Source: Felis catus (taxonomy: Eukaryota). Taken from it: DNA of 64,000 nucleotides. The stretch covers positions 211,112,001 to 211,176,000 of the forward strand of contig NC_058368.1 of the NCBI RefSeq assembly GCF_018350175.1, written 5' to 3'. The notes under the pieces were generated by a model. That model saw only the letters and a list, made by a program, of their open reading frames with translations. It made no database searches and was not told the origin of the DNA. The position numbers and the translations under genes were made by a program. This document shows positions 36,657 through 49,617 of the stretch, in pieces (position 1 is the first letter of the stretch; each line of letters opens with the position of its first letter).

Positions 36657-39234
36657 ACAACAGGCTACTCTTAGAATGACAAACACCTGGTCAGAGTGGA
36701 GACAACCACTCTGGTTCCTTGATAAACCTCTACCTCTCATTCCCAGCAGTGTGTACATATAAATTACACCAGTGTCACTGCTCCGGCCAGGAGTCCCGGA
36801 ATTAATCAATAACAACCAAATTCATAGTGATCCGGAGCTAGGTCTTGTTGCAAGGCTTGTACGTTTTCTAGGAGCACGTTTCCATGAGGACTTTGCCCCC
36901 ATTGGATTCATCATCAGGGCACAGGACAGAGAGACAGACAAATATCAGGCCTGTAGTTTCAGCTAGAAAAGACCCAAGCCTGAAACCTCAGGGAAGTCAC
37001 TTGGAAGATTTTCCTAGGAAAGTGGACTTCCCTATTCGACATCTCAACCAAACGGGTGTTTAGAGAGAATAAAAGTCACATTATCTTAGAAGGAACTGGG
37101 GTAGTCTGGCCTGACTTGGGGATTATTTAGAAAGAACATCATTCCTTGTACAAAATATCTCTAAATGATGGTAAACTGTCAAGAAAATTTAATTTATTGC
37201 CTACATACATCCACCATGAAATTAACACATTTTGGAAGTTAGGTTGGAAGAGAGATGGGAATTCATTTTGTCCCTTCTCAGTGTATGAATCAGGCTTCTG
37301 AAATTACAGGACAGTCCATGTCTAGAGAGCAAGACTAATACCTCCTAGGTCAGTTTGCTTCCTGCCCAAGGAAATCTGAAAGCCTAGGATGCTTCAGAAT
37401 GCCCTAGAATAGATGTTTCTCTAATGTCCTTCAGTTACCTAATTTTTCTTATGCAAAACAAAGCTTTCCTTTATTGCTGTAATACAGAGGTGGACCTAAG
37501 TCTAAATCATGCCAAAATACCATCCTTCTAAACTAATAGTGACCTCACAGTTGCTGAGCATTTATGATAGGTGTGGCACTAAGGTAAACTGAAGAGTAAG
37601 TCAGATGACTTACCTCATAGGTGCCTCCTGGATACTTGTGTTATTTGGAAGAGGGAATAAATACAGAGTGCTTAGAACTCCACTACTCCATTCTCCTCTG
37701 CACCCTCAGTGTGTCCCTGGTTTGGCCAAGTGAGGAAGGGAAGGAGGCAAGGTGCAGGCAGGGTTGATGTTATAGACACAATAGATGGCCACATGTGGTG
37801 CAGTGGTCCCCATGCCCACGTCTGATTCATTCTAGTCCACCAGATTCTCATTTTCTTTCATCTTTAAAGTTTAAGGATGCCTCAGTTAAAGACAAATACT
37901 CTTCTGAGGCATACCATTTTTGTCAGCCAGCCATTATCAGGAATTCTTTTACATCTTCCTGGGAACCTAAAAGAGCAAGGTCTTCCAGGTAAAGGCACAA
38001 GAAAAAGGCCAATCTTCTGGTGAGAGAGAATTTGGACCATAAGTAGGGGTGGTCATTCGACATCTTGTCTAATCCACTCCAACGTGACTTTTCCTGTAAG
38101 AATAAATTCAGGTCTTTTTGGAGTGCCTTCTTGCAGGTAGAAAAAATATTTGGAAAACTCTTATGCTCTGAATGAGTGAGTTGGCAAAAGAAGATGGTGG
38201 AGTGCTTCAAATACCATGCCTATTTTGTTTTTCCCAGAAACGTATCCATCTATATTCCTAAGGTTTTGACATTCCACTCAGTTCTGGGTTCTTTGTCTAA
38301 AAGGAAATGATCACATGACCACATGTGTGTCTATAGCTGACCACAGGTGAACCAATGCAGGACAAGGATTTCATTTAAACTCTGTGGACTCTCTTCATGT
38401 GTGAAGCAAAGGGAAAAACACACGGACCCCAAGGGACCCCATTTTCTGGGTCTTAGAGACCTTTGGCGTTGATTAAATTAAATGAATCAAATGTAATGGG
38501 ATCCTTGGGAAAGAGTCAGGACCTGGGGTTAGTCCACATTTTCTGTCTGTGGAAGGCATGCCATGGGCCTGCCAGCTTTATTGGAAAACCCAAGGATTAA
38601 AGCCAGGATGCATCAGGAATCCTGTATTCAGTTCTGTGATGTACCTTTGACAAAGGGCATTGGCACCTTACAATGTGTCCAGTGGATGGCGATAAGGAAA
38701 CAGATTGATGAGAACAGAGAAATGTGAGAGTTGGGATGTTGTTTCCCAGAGGAATATGGTGACTGTCTACTCTTTCAAGGACTGTCATATAGAAGAGGGA
38801 GGAGTATTCTTCTTCACTCCAAATAATAAAAGTGGGACCAGGGGAAGGCGAATTTATTCAATGGCTGGTTTCTCTGGCAATTAGAGTTTTCTAGAGTGAA
38901 GAAGCATTGTGTGGGTTGATGCTCTGCGTGGCATTTGATGTGTTCGTTCAGTGGCGGGGAGGAGTAGGGAGAGGAGGCAGGGAGGGGACACCAGTCAGGG
39001 AGGTTGAAGAGGGAATGCCTTCCCTTGGGTGGGACATTGGACTAGTTGTTGCTAACTGTAAAAATGATTTTTATAAGCGGGTCAACAATAAAGGTGAGTT
39101 TATGGTCTCTGTGTTCTACAAATTTAATTTCCCACAATAGCTATTTCATGCACAGAAAATCTGAGAAATATGGAAGCTAAGAAGGTTGCCAGGTATTTTT
39201 AAAATGCTTTCTGAGAGGCCACTGAGCCGCAAAA

Positions 39235-39480
39235 GGCAGTGCACAGTGTGGGTAAGAGCATGTGCTATGAAGGCCAAGCCCACAGAGATTCAGATCCTGC
39301 CTCTGCCTTCATTAAGCTCCATGATCTTGACTGGGTTACCAAACTTATTTATGCCTTCACTTTTGTGGCCATGAGGTGGAAATAACACCTGACTCCTACT
39401 GTTGATATGAGTCAGTTACTGCACCTAAAACTTTAGAGCTCTACTTGGCACATAGTAAACGGTCAGTAAATGTTAATGAT
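39235..39480 (+). mobile_element. MIR
   Basis: aggcagtgcacagtgtgggtaagagc, attcagatcctgcctctgcc, ggcacatagtaaacggtcagtaaatgtt. Confidence 0.85.
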
Positions 39481-40856
39481 GATAATTACAGAAAGAGAAA
39501 TCATCATTATTTCTTAAGTCCATAAGGGAATTTAAACAGTGTAGCATTGCTTGCAACAAAAAGCATACATGTTCATGAGTGATTAATTCTGTGAGTGGAG
39601 TGAATGACAGCTAGTCCCATGAAGCAATGGAAAAATAGAACCTAGTGATTTTTGGGTAGTGAAGCCCAAAGAGAATGGAAGTGTAGCCGAGTCCCTGGAA
39701 TTTCCCTGACTGTTTCATAAGACTGTGTTCTGGCTTCTTGGTTTCCCAAGAGAAATAAATCAAAGCTTCATCCAGATTACACTTCTGCCCCAGTGTTGAC
39801 AATGCGGTAACATCTGGTTGCCAACTTAATTATCTCTCCCCTAAATATTTTTCTTATCACAAAAGCACCTGTAGGACCAGGGGAAAGAGGAGAAAAAGAC
39901 ACAAGAAGGCTTAGTTTCTCATCTTGATAATTGCCTGAGAGGGCTTACTAATTTGCACTGAGAGGGCTTTTGGGGGGTCTGGGAACCATTCATTCCAGTT
40001 TTGGTCCTTTGAATTTCCCAGGCTCTAATCACTTTACTAAGCTGGCAACTAAAGAAAAGAAGAGAGAAAGATCTTTGAATGTTCCTCTCAGGACATATTA
40101 TGCAGCTCTTGAGATTCTGCTTTCTTATTTGTCCAAATGAAATAGATCACTGGGAAAACGGCAAGTCTCTTGCTGTTGAGAAAAATGTTTTCCGGTCCCG
40201 GGAGTTACACTACTTTGGTCCTATGTGAAATAAGGCAGTTGTGTCCTAACACTAAATGATCAATTGCATGTGATGGATTGAGCTTATTTTTCATGCTCCC
40301 AATAAATACAGCGAAACCACAGACAACTCTGGGTGGTCTCTCCGGAAACTGTATGGTGCTAAGAACAGGAATTTAAATTGGTTCTGTTCTCCTTGGGATG
40401 TTTATAAAGCCAGCGTTATTAAAAAAGAAATACTAAGAACTATTCTGCTTCATTAGTGTGCTTTGGAGCATGATTCAGTGGTTGGGTAATATGTGCTAAT
40501 CATCCATTTATCATACCTGTCTCCTAGGACTCTTCCAACTGCTACGTTCATGCCTCCCCTCAAATTTTGAGTGGGTATGACGTAGTAGCTAGAATCAAGT
40601 GTGAAATAGAAGTTATTTCTCCTGATTGCCTTGTTCTTTATTATTTCTTCCTCGTTCTTGTATTTTTTATGACACTAGCCATCAAATCTATCTGTGTGGT
40701 GATCTATCCATTACATAGAACATTACATAACTTAATTTGCAGAAGGAGAAATATTTCTGGCAACAGTATCACTTAACTTGAAGAGGCACTGTTTGGCCAG
40801 CTAACTATGAGACTTAGACTCAGGCAAAGTCAGTGCCCCAGTTTCTCAAGGTTAAC

Positions 40857-41150
40857 ATTTTTTTTAATCTTAAAAATAAACATCTTATTCTGGAATAATT
40901 TTAAATTTACACAAAAACTGTAAAGATAGCACAAAGGATTCCCATATTTGCCCTTTATCCTGTTTCCCCTCAGATTATCATCTTACACAACCATGATACC
41001 TCTGTCAAAACTGAGTAATTAACATTTATATAATACTGTTGAATACTACTAAACTGTATAGACTTTAGTCACATTTTACCAGTTTTTCCATTTGTCCTTT
41101 TTTTCTGACCCAGGATCTAATTTAAGATACCGCATTGCATTTTTAGTTTT
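40857..41150 (-). mobile_element. L1MC4-like 3' end
   Basis: ataattttaaatttacacaaaaactgtaaagatagcac, cccaggatctaatttaagataccgcattgcattt. Confidence 0.75.
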
Positions 41151-41481
41151 ATTATTGCATTTATGTTTTTTTTTGTGGTAGGCTCCTTTCCCTAAGGAAT
41201 AAAAAATAAAAACAAAACAAAACTCAAGGCAACCTGGCTGTACACGTAAGTGACATCCCTCACGACCTTGTAACATGAGACCACTTAATCAGACTGCATC
41301 GTTGTGTATTACCATATTTGGGAGACAAAGAAGTAAAAAATGTATAAAAAACTATGCCACTTGGCTTTCAGGGCTCGGTTCTTTGGGTACAAACTCAACT
41401 GAGCCATGCCAACACAAATAAAATTACTTCTTTAAAAAAAGCGCCTCAATGTACAACTCTCTATGCAGAAATCCTGCGACA

Positions 41482-42152
41482 TTTTCTTTTCAAATTTTTA
41501 TTTAAATTCCAGTTAATTAACATACAGTGCAATATTGGTTTCAAGAGTAGAATTCAGTGATTCATCCCTTGTATACAATACCCAGTGCTCATCACAAGGA
41601 CCCTCCTTAATACCCGTCATTCATCTATCCCATCCCCCACCCACCTCCTTCTATCAACCCACAGGTCTCTGTGTTTAAGAGTCTCTTATGGTTTGCCTCC
41701 CTCTCTGTTTTTGTTTTATTTTATTTTTTCTTCCCTTCCCCTATGTTCATCTGTTTTGTTTCTTAAATTCCACATATGAGTAAAATCATATGGTATTTGT
41801 CTTTCTCTGTCTCACTTATCTTGCTTAGGATAATACTCACTGGCTCCATCCACATCATTGTAAACGGCAAGACCTCATTCATTGTAAACGGCAAGACCTC
41901 ATTCTTTTTGATGGCTGAGTGTAATAGTCCATTGTATATATACATCACCTCTTCCTTACCCATTCATCAGTCGATGGACATTTGGGCTCTTTCCATCATT
42001 TGGCTGTTGTTGATAATGCTGCTATAAACGTCGGAGAGCATGTACCCCTTCGAATCAGTATTGTTGTATCCTTTGAGTAAATACCCAGGAGTGCAATTGC
42101 TGGGTTATAGGATAGTTCTATTCTTAAATTTCTGAGGAACCTCCATACTGTG
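41482..42152 (-). mobile_element. 5'-truncated carnivore L1 (3' end)
   Basis: tatttaaattccagttaattaacatacagtg; minus-strand translation WMEPVSIILSKISETEKDKYHMILLICGI (ORF2 C-terminus). Confidence 0.92.
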
Positions 42153-44040
42153 TTTCTAGGTTAACAATTACAAACTGTTCTTCATTTGGTCTACATCTAC
42201 AAATGTAGATGGTGGTTAAACTCAGCAAAATTTTTTTCACAAAAGTTTCATTTGTCTGAAAGGTTTTAAACACCGATCTGTAAAGAATGCCCACAAAACC
42301 CCTTGGTATGAGAACATGAAATGCAGGTTAGGTTCTTCTAGGTAGAAAATACGTCTTCAAAAAATGCAGTGGATGATGGTAGAACATGGGTCAGGTGTAG
42401 TGTGACATGTTCCAAGTCCACTCGCAGCCACTTGCAATAACTTGTCAAATCTACTTAACAATGGTGCAAGGCCTTAAAAGTGCTGTTGGATTCCATGGAA
42501 CATCTCCAGAAAGAAGAAGATGGAGAAACATTTAAATGTGTGTGGACAAAGGAAGAGAGCAATGCAGACAAACTTCTACCTTCTATTTGCATGCACAGAA
42601 CCTGAATTGTCCCTGGTCTCCTTCCCTCCTGAAAACCTTTCTGTTTAAGAAGGATCTATTAGATACATTCCCCTTAATCATAAAAAAGGAATTCACTGGG
42701 ATGGAAAATTTTAGCGTCCACTTTATTCCTTACTTCACAAAAAATTGCACTTAGTCTGTAAATGAGTTCTGATGTTAGAGAATTGGATGCTGCAAATTGG
42801 TATTATTAAACTTATTAAGAGAGAGGAAGGACTCTTTTAGAAGAATAGCACAGTCTGAGGGAGATCTCTTACTTAATAGGCATCTGCCCAGAGATGTTTC
42901 TGAACTTAACAGTTATGTTAAATACTTCAAAATTAATATAAGTGCACAGCCCTCCCCTCCCATAATCTTACTGAAATTAAGGATGCCAAATCATTCTTCT
43001 CTCATTATTACTTCACAGCAGGAAGGTATGGCTCCTCCTGCTATTAGATTAACTAGATTCTAATGCCTGACTAATTAATGTACAACAATGCCAGGATTAG
43101 TAAACATGACTTTGATTGACTTTAGTCCCTAATAAGACCACCTTTGGTTAAATAAGTAGAATGGTCAGTGGAATTCCCATGTAAATATTTTGACTGGTGG
43201 TGGACATTCAACTACATGTCCTGGTAAAATTATCAGGATACATTTTCATTCCCATGAACCCTCCAGAATTGGGCCTTTTAGGATTTAACTGAATGTGTTG
43301 CTCATTACTTTTGTCGAAGGACATACTAACCAATCATATATTTTTAAATTCTTACTCTGTGCTATTGTTATCACAAAAACTTCCAGTCTTGAATTGAGGA
43401 GGTAGGAGGTACTTGTCTTCAGAAAGAAATTAAATAACTGTTTAGAACCATATGAAACCAATGTCAAAATGATAAGCGTAGAGAAATGTGTGAAATTACT
43501 GTGTGACCCATCCAGGTTAATGTAGGCACTCCTTAAGTACTCACAATGGTAGATAGTTACTGATCTGCTCACTTGTGTATTATTGTCCCACTGTGCTGGG
43601 CTGGAAGCTTCCTGAGGGCAGGGCCCATGCCTCAGCTATTATACCACCTGTCTTACCTAGCCTATAATCGGAAATCAGTAAGAGATTTTAGCATGGAGGA
43701 AGGTACATGGAGAAAGTAAATATGGAAGAATGGGCAAAACTCTAACAGATATGGACATTTAAAGGTTGAATGAACAGATGAGCCAAGACAGGAAGCAAGG
43801 ATTAGCATGGCAAATATGTCCTGTAACTCAGCAAACATTTACAGATCCCTCTCCATCTGCTGCATATTGTGTGAGCAGTATAGCTACAAAGGTGAAGAAA
43901 TATCATTCCCGTAGTCAGAGAAAAGATTTCAGGACCAGCCTGGATGATATGAGGGGAGAGAGGGCTGCCAGGGATTAGGGGTGGTCAGGATTGGTGAGCT
44001 GTGAAGAATTTGGTGTGAAAAGCTGTAGGACCTTTGTCTT

Positions 44041-44253
44041 TTTTTTTTTTAACGTTTATTTATTTTTGAGACAGAGAGAGACAGAGCATGAATGGGGGAG
44101 GGGCAGAGAGAGAGGGAGACACAGAATCGGAAGCAGGCTCCAGGCTCTGAGCCATCAGCCCAGAGCCGGATGCGGGGCTCGAACTCACGGACCGCGAGAT
44201 CGTGACCCGAACTGAAGTCAGACGCTCAACCGACTGAGCCACCCAGGCGCCCC
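44041..44253 (-). mobile_element. Young felid Can-SINE
   Basis: Perfect 15-bp TSD taggacctttgtctt at 44026-44040 and 44254-44268; CpGs retained. Confidence 0.96.
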
Positions 44254-45134
44254 TAGGACCTTTGTCTTGAAGAGAGTGAAAAACAGCAAAAAAATTAAAT
44301 TAGGGAAAGTTAAAAAATCAATGGAAAGTTCCCAGAAGTTACCGTGATATCCTTGTTAGGAGAAGGTTTATTACTGATGGAAGCTTTAGTTGCACACACT
44401 GAGAGCTACAATCTCAAAACATTGAGAAAAATGAGATATATATTCACACAGGCAAAAATTTCCTAAGCTGGGTAATATTTGCACTTCTACTATCTGATTT
44501 TTATTTTTTATCAATATATTAACATTATTAACAATGTTTTGTCATGTTTTTTTCATAAACATAACTTGTTTCGTTAAATATTGCATTCCTGAAAAGCTTT
44601 GGTGCATTGTTAAAATGTGGTTTTAATATATTCATAGAGAAAAATCTCTTCTAGCAAGCTACACTTTCATTTTATAATATAATTCAAAGGGATAATGGGA
44701 CTTAGTCATACTAAGTTCATAGAGAAACTTTACTAGAGTTTATCTGTTCCGTGACACTTAGGTAGAGTCACAGTGTCATAACTAACATCAGTGACGAACC
44801 TGCCTCTTCACCATGATGTTTCCTATGGAACACACAGTGAACATTTTGCATTTTGTATATGCAGCCCGATTTTAACAATGTGCGTTCTGGTTGCAGGCTA
44901 GTTCCGTCATAGGCTATGTAACTATCTTCAGACTCCATAAATAATGCAAACTACAGCCAGTGGCACAGATGTCAACTCTTAATAGGGAGTGTTTATGACA
45001 CGCGTATTCAGTTTCTAAGGACAAGTGGGAAGAAAAAGAAGATCTGAAGGTAGAAATCCTCCTTAATATCATCTTTCCTAAAGACGTAGTTTGTAACTAA
45101 GTGACAAAAATCTGTATTTTAAAAGGTTAAACTT

Positions 45135-46030
45135 GGAACAATATAAAAACAAATAACCCAATTAAAAATAGGCAAAGGATTTGAATAGGCATATCTCCAA
45201 AAAAGATATCCGAATGGCCAATAAGCACAGGAAAAGATGCTCACCATCATTGTTCACTAGAGGGAGACAAATGAAAACCACAATGAAATGCCATTTCACA
45301 CACCGGAATGGCTATAATTAAAATGACAGGCAATAACAAGTGTTGGTGAAGACGTGAAGAGAAGAAATTAACAGTTCACACTCTGCAGATGGACATATAA
45401 AATGGTGCAGCCACTTCAGAAAACGTCTTGGTAGTTCCTCAAGAAGTTCAGCATAGAGTTACCATATGATCCAGCAATTCCAATACCAAGTACATATCCC
45501 CCCAAATTGAAAACAGATACTCAAACAAATACTTCTACATGAATGTTCACAGCAGCACTATTACACTATTTAAAAAGAGAAAACAACCCAAGTGTCCGTC
45601 AATAGGTAAATGGGTAACCAAAATTTGATAATCAGTACAATGGAATATTATTCAGCCATAGAAAGGAGTATTATTCAGCCATGGTGATTGATGTATGCTA
45701 TGACATAGATGAACCTCAGAAGCATTATTCAAAGTGAAAGGATCCAATCACAAAGACCATGTATCTGATGATTTCATTTATATAAAATGTCTAGAATAGA
45801 TAAATCCACAAAGACAAAAAGTAGATTGGTTGTGGCCAGTGGCTGGGGAAGGAGGATAGGAAGTGACTGTTAACATTACAGGGTTTCTTCTGGTGGTGAT
45901 AAAAATGTTTTAAAATTGATTGTGATGACAGTTGTTCACCCTTAAGGACATACCAAAAACCCACTGAATTGTACACTTTAAAAGGGTGAATTTTATGGCA
46001 TGTGAATTATTTCGCAATTTAAAAACAATA
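45135..46030 (+). mobile_element. L1MB-like 3' portion
   Basis: aacccaattaaaaataggcaaaggatttgaatag, ccatatgatccagcaattcc, ccactgaattgtacactttaaaagggtgaattttatgg. Confidence 0.9.
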
Positions 46031-46579
46031 AGGAAGGTAAAAAAAGGATTAAATTTGTAATTATTGACAGACTTTTTGAAGCCAATTTGTATGTAGTGAG
46101 ATTAGTCCTTGGTTTGGGGGAAAGCAGTGAAAAAAAGTCATAATTGGAAGAAGGTATAAGCAAAGAGATGGATGAGTCAAGAAAATTGGGAGAGAATTGG
46201 ATGATAACAAGAGGCAGTCCACAGAGAGATGAAATTGTGGTTTCGGAGAACAATCAGGCAGATGTACATGGGGCCATGGTGTATATGTGTATGTATTTGT
46301 AATATATACATGTACATGTGTGTAATATTATATAGCATACACTATATATTATATATTTTATTTTATTAGATAAATTTATATATATTTTATTATATATTAT
46401 GTAATTATAATTATTCACCTGGAAAAAATTCTCAAAGAATATATCACCAAATGTTAACAACAATTGTCTCTAGTTCAAGGTGATTTAAATCCTTTTCTTA
46501 CTTTTGCTTCACAGTCTTCTCTTTCTTTGTGTGCAATTATCATATAATAATTGAATAAGAAGAAGAAAATGGGGGGAGG

Positions 46580-46688
46580 GGGGTGCCTGGCTGGCTCAGT
46601 TGGTAAAGTATGCAATTTTTGATTGCGGGGTTGTATGTTCAAACCCCATGTTGGGTGTAGAGATTATTTAAAAATAAAATCTTTAAAA
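46580..46688 (+). mobile_element. Short tRNA(Lys)-like carnivore SINE lacking the CT tract
   Basis: gggtgcctggctggctcagttggtaaag (A box) ... gttcaaacccc (B box) ... aaataaaatctttaaaa; flanks aagaagaaa(a/g)tgg resemble a TSD. Confidence 0.85.
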
Positions 46689-46908
46689 GAAAAGAAGAAA
46701 GTGGATGTGGAAGGATGTTGCTTGAGAAAGTGTACTCTCTGATCAAACAAAGAAAATCAGAACAGTTTTTAAAGACCTAATGCAAAATAATGTCCTAGTC
46801 AAGGAGAGTTGTCTTCACATTAGGAGAAAATCACATAAAGTGGTGTCACTTGCAAAAAGATTGTCCCCCAGCACAGCCTCTGAAATGCTAATGCTTAGAA
46901 AACTTATT

Positions 46909-46977
46909 ATCTATCATCTATCTGTCTATCTACCTACCTACCTACCTACCTACCTACCTACCTACCTACCATCTATC
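46909..46977. repeat. (CTAC)10 tetranucleotide microsatellite with (TCTA)-like flanks
   Basis: Directly visible. Confidence 0.95.
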
Positions 46978-47617
46978 TTTAAATGGGACATCTGCAAGGC
47001 AGTTGACACTTAAACATAATGAAAATTCCTTTGCTAAGTCACAAAATAACTCTTTAAAATCACCATTAAGACTATACCACATGCCAGACCCTGCACCTGA
47101 GCTGAGCATATGCCATTGACTAAGTCAGACGCATTCTTGCCGCTGAGCTTGGTGCTCGTCAGGCAGGAGCCAGGAAGAAGCTAGTCCAGGTAGGACAAGT
47201 CCACAGGCTTTGTGATGCTCAGGGTGGGGCTCTTACCCATAATTTCCAGTCTGAAGCTGGAGGGTAGAGACAAGAGTTCCATCCTGGAAGAGTTTCCAAA
47301 GGAAAAGCCCAAGGTGGCAAATTCCCAAACAGGTCATGGAAACAAGGGTCTGGTCAGACAGTAGGAGCCAAGATATGGAGCCCAAACGGAGTGGCTTGGA
47401 TTTGGGGCAGAAGAAATGGGGTTCCCTAGAAAGCTAGGTGGAAGAAGGGAAGGGATGGTAGATGGGACAAAATGGCAAGGTCTCTGCATTTGTGACTGGC
47501 ATCAGGCTAGACAATGTTCACAGCAGCATTGTTTGCAAGAAAAAAACATGAGAAACAGTTATTCATCAACAGGAAGGAATGCATTAATTGTGGAGTTTGC
47601 AAATAATCACATTTTCT

Positions 47618-47841
47618 TTTTTAAAGTTTTTTTTAACGTTTATTTATTATTTTTGGGACAGAGAGAGACAGAGCATGAACGGGGGAGGGGCAGAGAGAGA
47701 GGGAGACACAGAATCGAAAACAGGCTCCAGGCTCTGAGCCATCAGCCCAGAGCCTGACCCGGGGCTCGAACTCACGGACCGCGAGATCGTGACCTGAGCC
47801 AAAGTCGTACGCTTAACCGACCGAGCCACCCAGGCGCCCCA
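47618..47841 (-). mobile_element. Young felid Can-SINE inserted in an old L1M fragment
   Basis: Perfect 18-bp TSD caaataatcacattttct at 47600-47617 and 47842-47859. Confidence 0.96.
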
Positions 47842-48754
47842 CAAATAATCACATTTTCTGCATAGAAAATTAATGAGCCAGATTGGGATGTGCCAACATA
47901 GAAAATGAAGAGCAGCAAAAAAACAAAAACAAAAACAAACAAACTAACAAACAAAAAAACTACCCTTAAGAGGAGTGCATGTTAACCATTGCTTCTTTCC
48001 TTCACAGTTTGTTTGCTGAAGCATCAGTTGGAGTATCTTTCAATTAAATGTGACACATCTTTTTGAAGGGGTGAGAGGCAGAAAAGTTTCAGTTGCCAAA
48101 AATAAAAGAGAAACTGGGAAGAATTTAACTTCTGAACTAGAAGGTCACTCTTGCCAGAGGCCTTTGAGGAGGGCAACATTCTGCATTTTGTTTCCTAATG
48201 TTTTTCCTTAAATAAAGGGCCATGGACTTCACGCCAATCTTGTCACTTGATCTTCTAAATGATTCTGCCAAATCCCTTAGAAATGAGCTGTGTAGGGTCC
48301 AGCAGACGTGCTTTGGCTGCTCCTTCACCAGAAGGATGCTCCCTAGGGAACAGGATTAGGGCTGAGGAAGAGGAAAAAGTGGGTGATGAATGAATCCTTG
48401 TCCAGAATAATAACTCGATTTTCACTGTCTACCACCACACCACCACAATGAAGGTGTTCTAGATTGTAAGAGGTTCTCATAAAAATGAACCCACTTCTGA
48501 AAGGTATTGAATTTTATCAGCCAACATCTGCACAGATGTCCCTGGAGAACAAGATCTTGATAAACCACACTACAGACGGGATGGGGTTGTGGGAAAAGAA
48601 GGGCAGGAGAAGATTAGAGTAAGGACAAAAGGGGTGAAAAGTGTGGGGTATAAGGGTGGGTATAAGACATGCTTCACCTACCAGACACGTTTTTTTCAAG
48701 CCTCATTGACCATCTTAAGAACAATCACAACAACAAACAAAACCCACAGAAACA

Positions 48755-48979
48755 GGGGCGCCTGGGTGGCGCAGTCGGTTAAGCGTCCGGCTTCCGCCAG
48801 GTCACGATCTCGCGGTCCGTGGGTTCGAGGCCCGCGTCGGACTCTGGGCTGATGGCTCGGAGCCTGAAGCCTGTTTCTGATTCTGTGTCTCCCTCTCTCT
48901 CTACCCCTCCCCCGTTCATGCTCTGTCTCTCTCTGTCCCAAAAATAAATAAAATACGTTGAAAAAAAAATTTAAAAAAA
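48755..48979 (+). mobile_element. Young felid Can-SINE (SINEC_Fc type)
   Basis: Perfect 16-bp TSD aaaacccacagaaaca at 48739-48754 and 48980-48995. Confidence 0.96.
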
Positions 48980-49204
48980 AAAACCCACAGAAACAAAAAA
49001 ATATATTTTTTAAGGAAAAATAAATCCTCAACTCCACAGCATAAGTATCAGAAACTTTCGTCTTATCTACAAGTTTAAGGCAAAAATGAATTTATTACGT
49101 TTTTCACTGAGGCAGAACTCCTTTCTTCTAATGTAACAACACTTTCCTTGGAACAAATAAAATCTCGTGCTGCTCCAGGAACTGGCAGGAGATTGGAGTT
49201 GCCT

Positions 49205-49612
49205 CAGCAAGTGCAGGGTCCCCACAGGATACAGGGCAATTTGAAAAGGGCTTGATGATGAAACTCCTCACAAAGGTGTGAGTAGAGAGTACTCAAGATG
49301 GAAGTCCGTATCAGGGCTGGTCATTGCAGGACCACCCACACCTGCAGGGGTGAGGGGCGGGAACAGTTCTACCTCCACTCCAGAGGGGGAGTTGTATTGA
49401 AAGGTCCACCTTGAGGGGAAGCAGTGACCTCCAGTCACCTTCAAGCAGCCCGAGGTGACCTCACAGCAAGTCAGCGGGGGGATAAATGCCCCAACTGCAC
49501 CCCTTGTCTCTCTCTGTCTCCTGTGGGCCTAATTCAGCCTGGAAATCTGAAGGTAAGTGAACTATGGGTGCAGTCTAGACAGTGCAGGGAAGGAAGCAGC
49601 AGGGACACTCAG
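49205..49612 (-). mobile_element. LTR33-like ERVL solo LTR
   Basis: gggcaatttgaaaagggc, cacaaaggtgtgag, gcagtgacctcc, aggtgacctcacagc, gggggataaatgccc resemble the recalled LTR33 consensus. Confidence 0.6.
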
Positions 49613-49617
49613 CGCCT

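Noticed and set aside
38428..38509. Imperfect hairpin (cccaagggaccccatt ... aatgggatccttggg), possible pre-miRNA or MITE
   Set aside because: The arms are short and mismatched and cannot be distinguished from chance without folding or conservation data.
46580..46655. tRNA gene
   Set aside because: The tRNA-like head is degenerate and followed by a SINE tail and TSD-like flanks, so it is a retroposed SINE.
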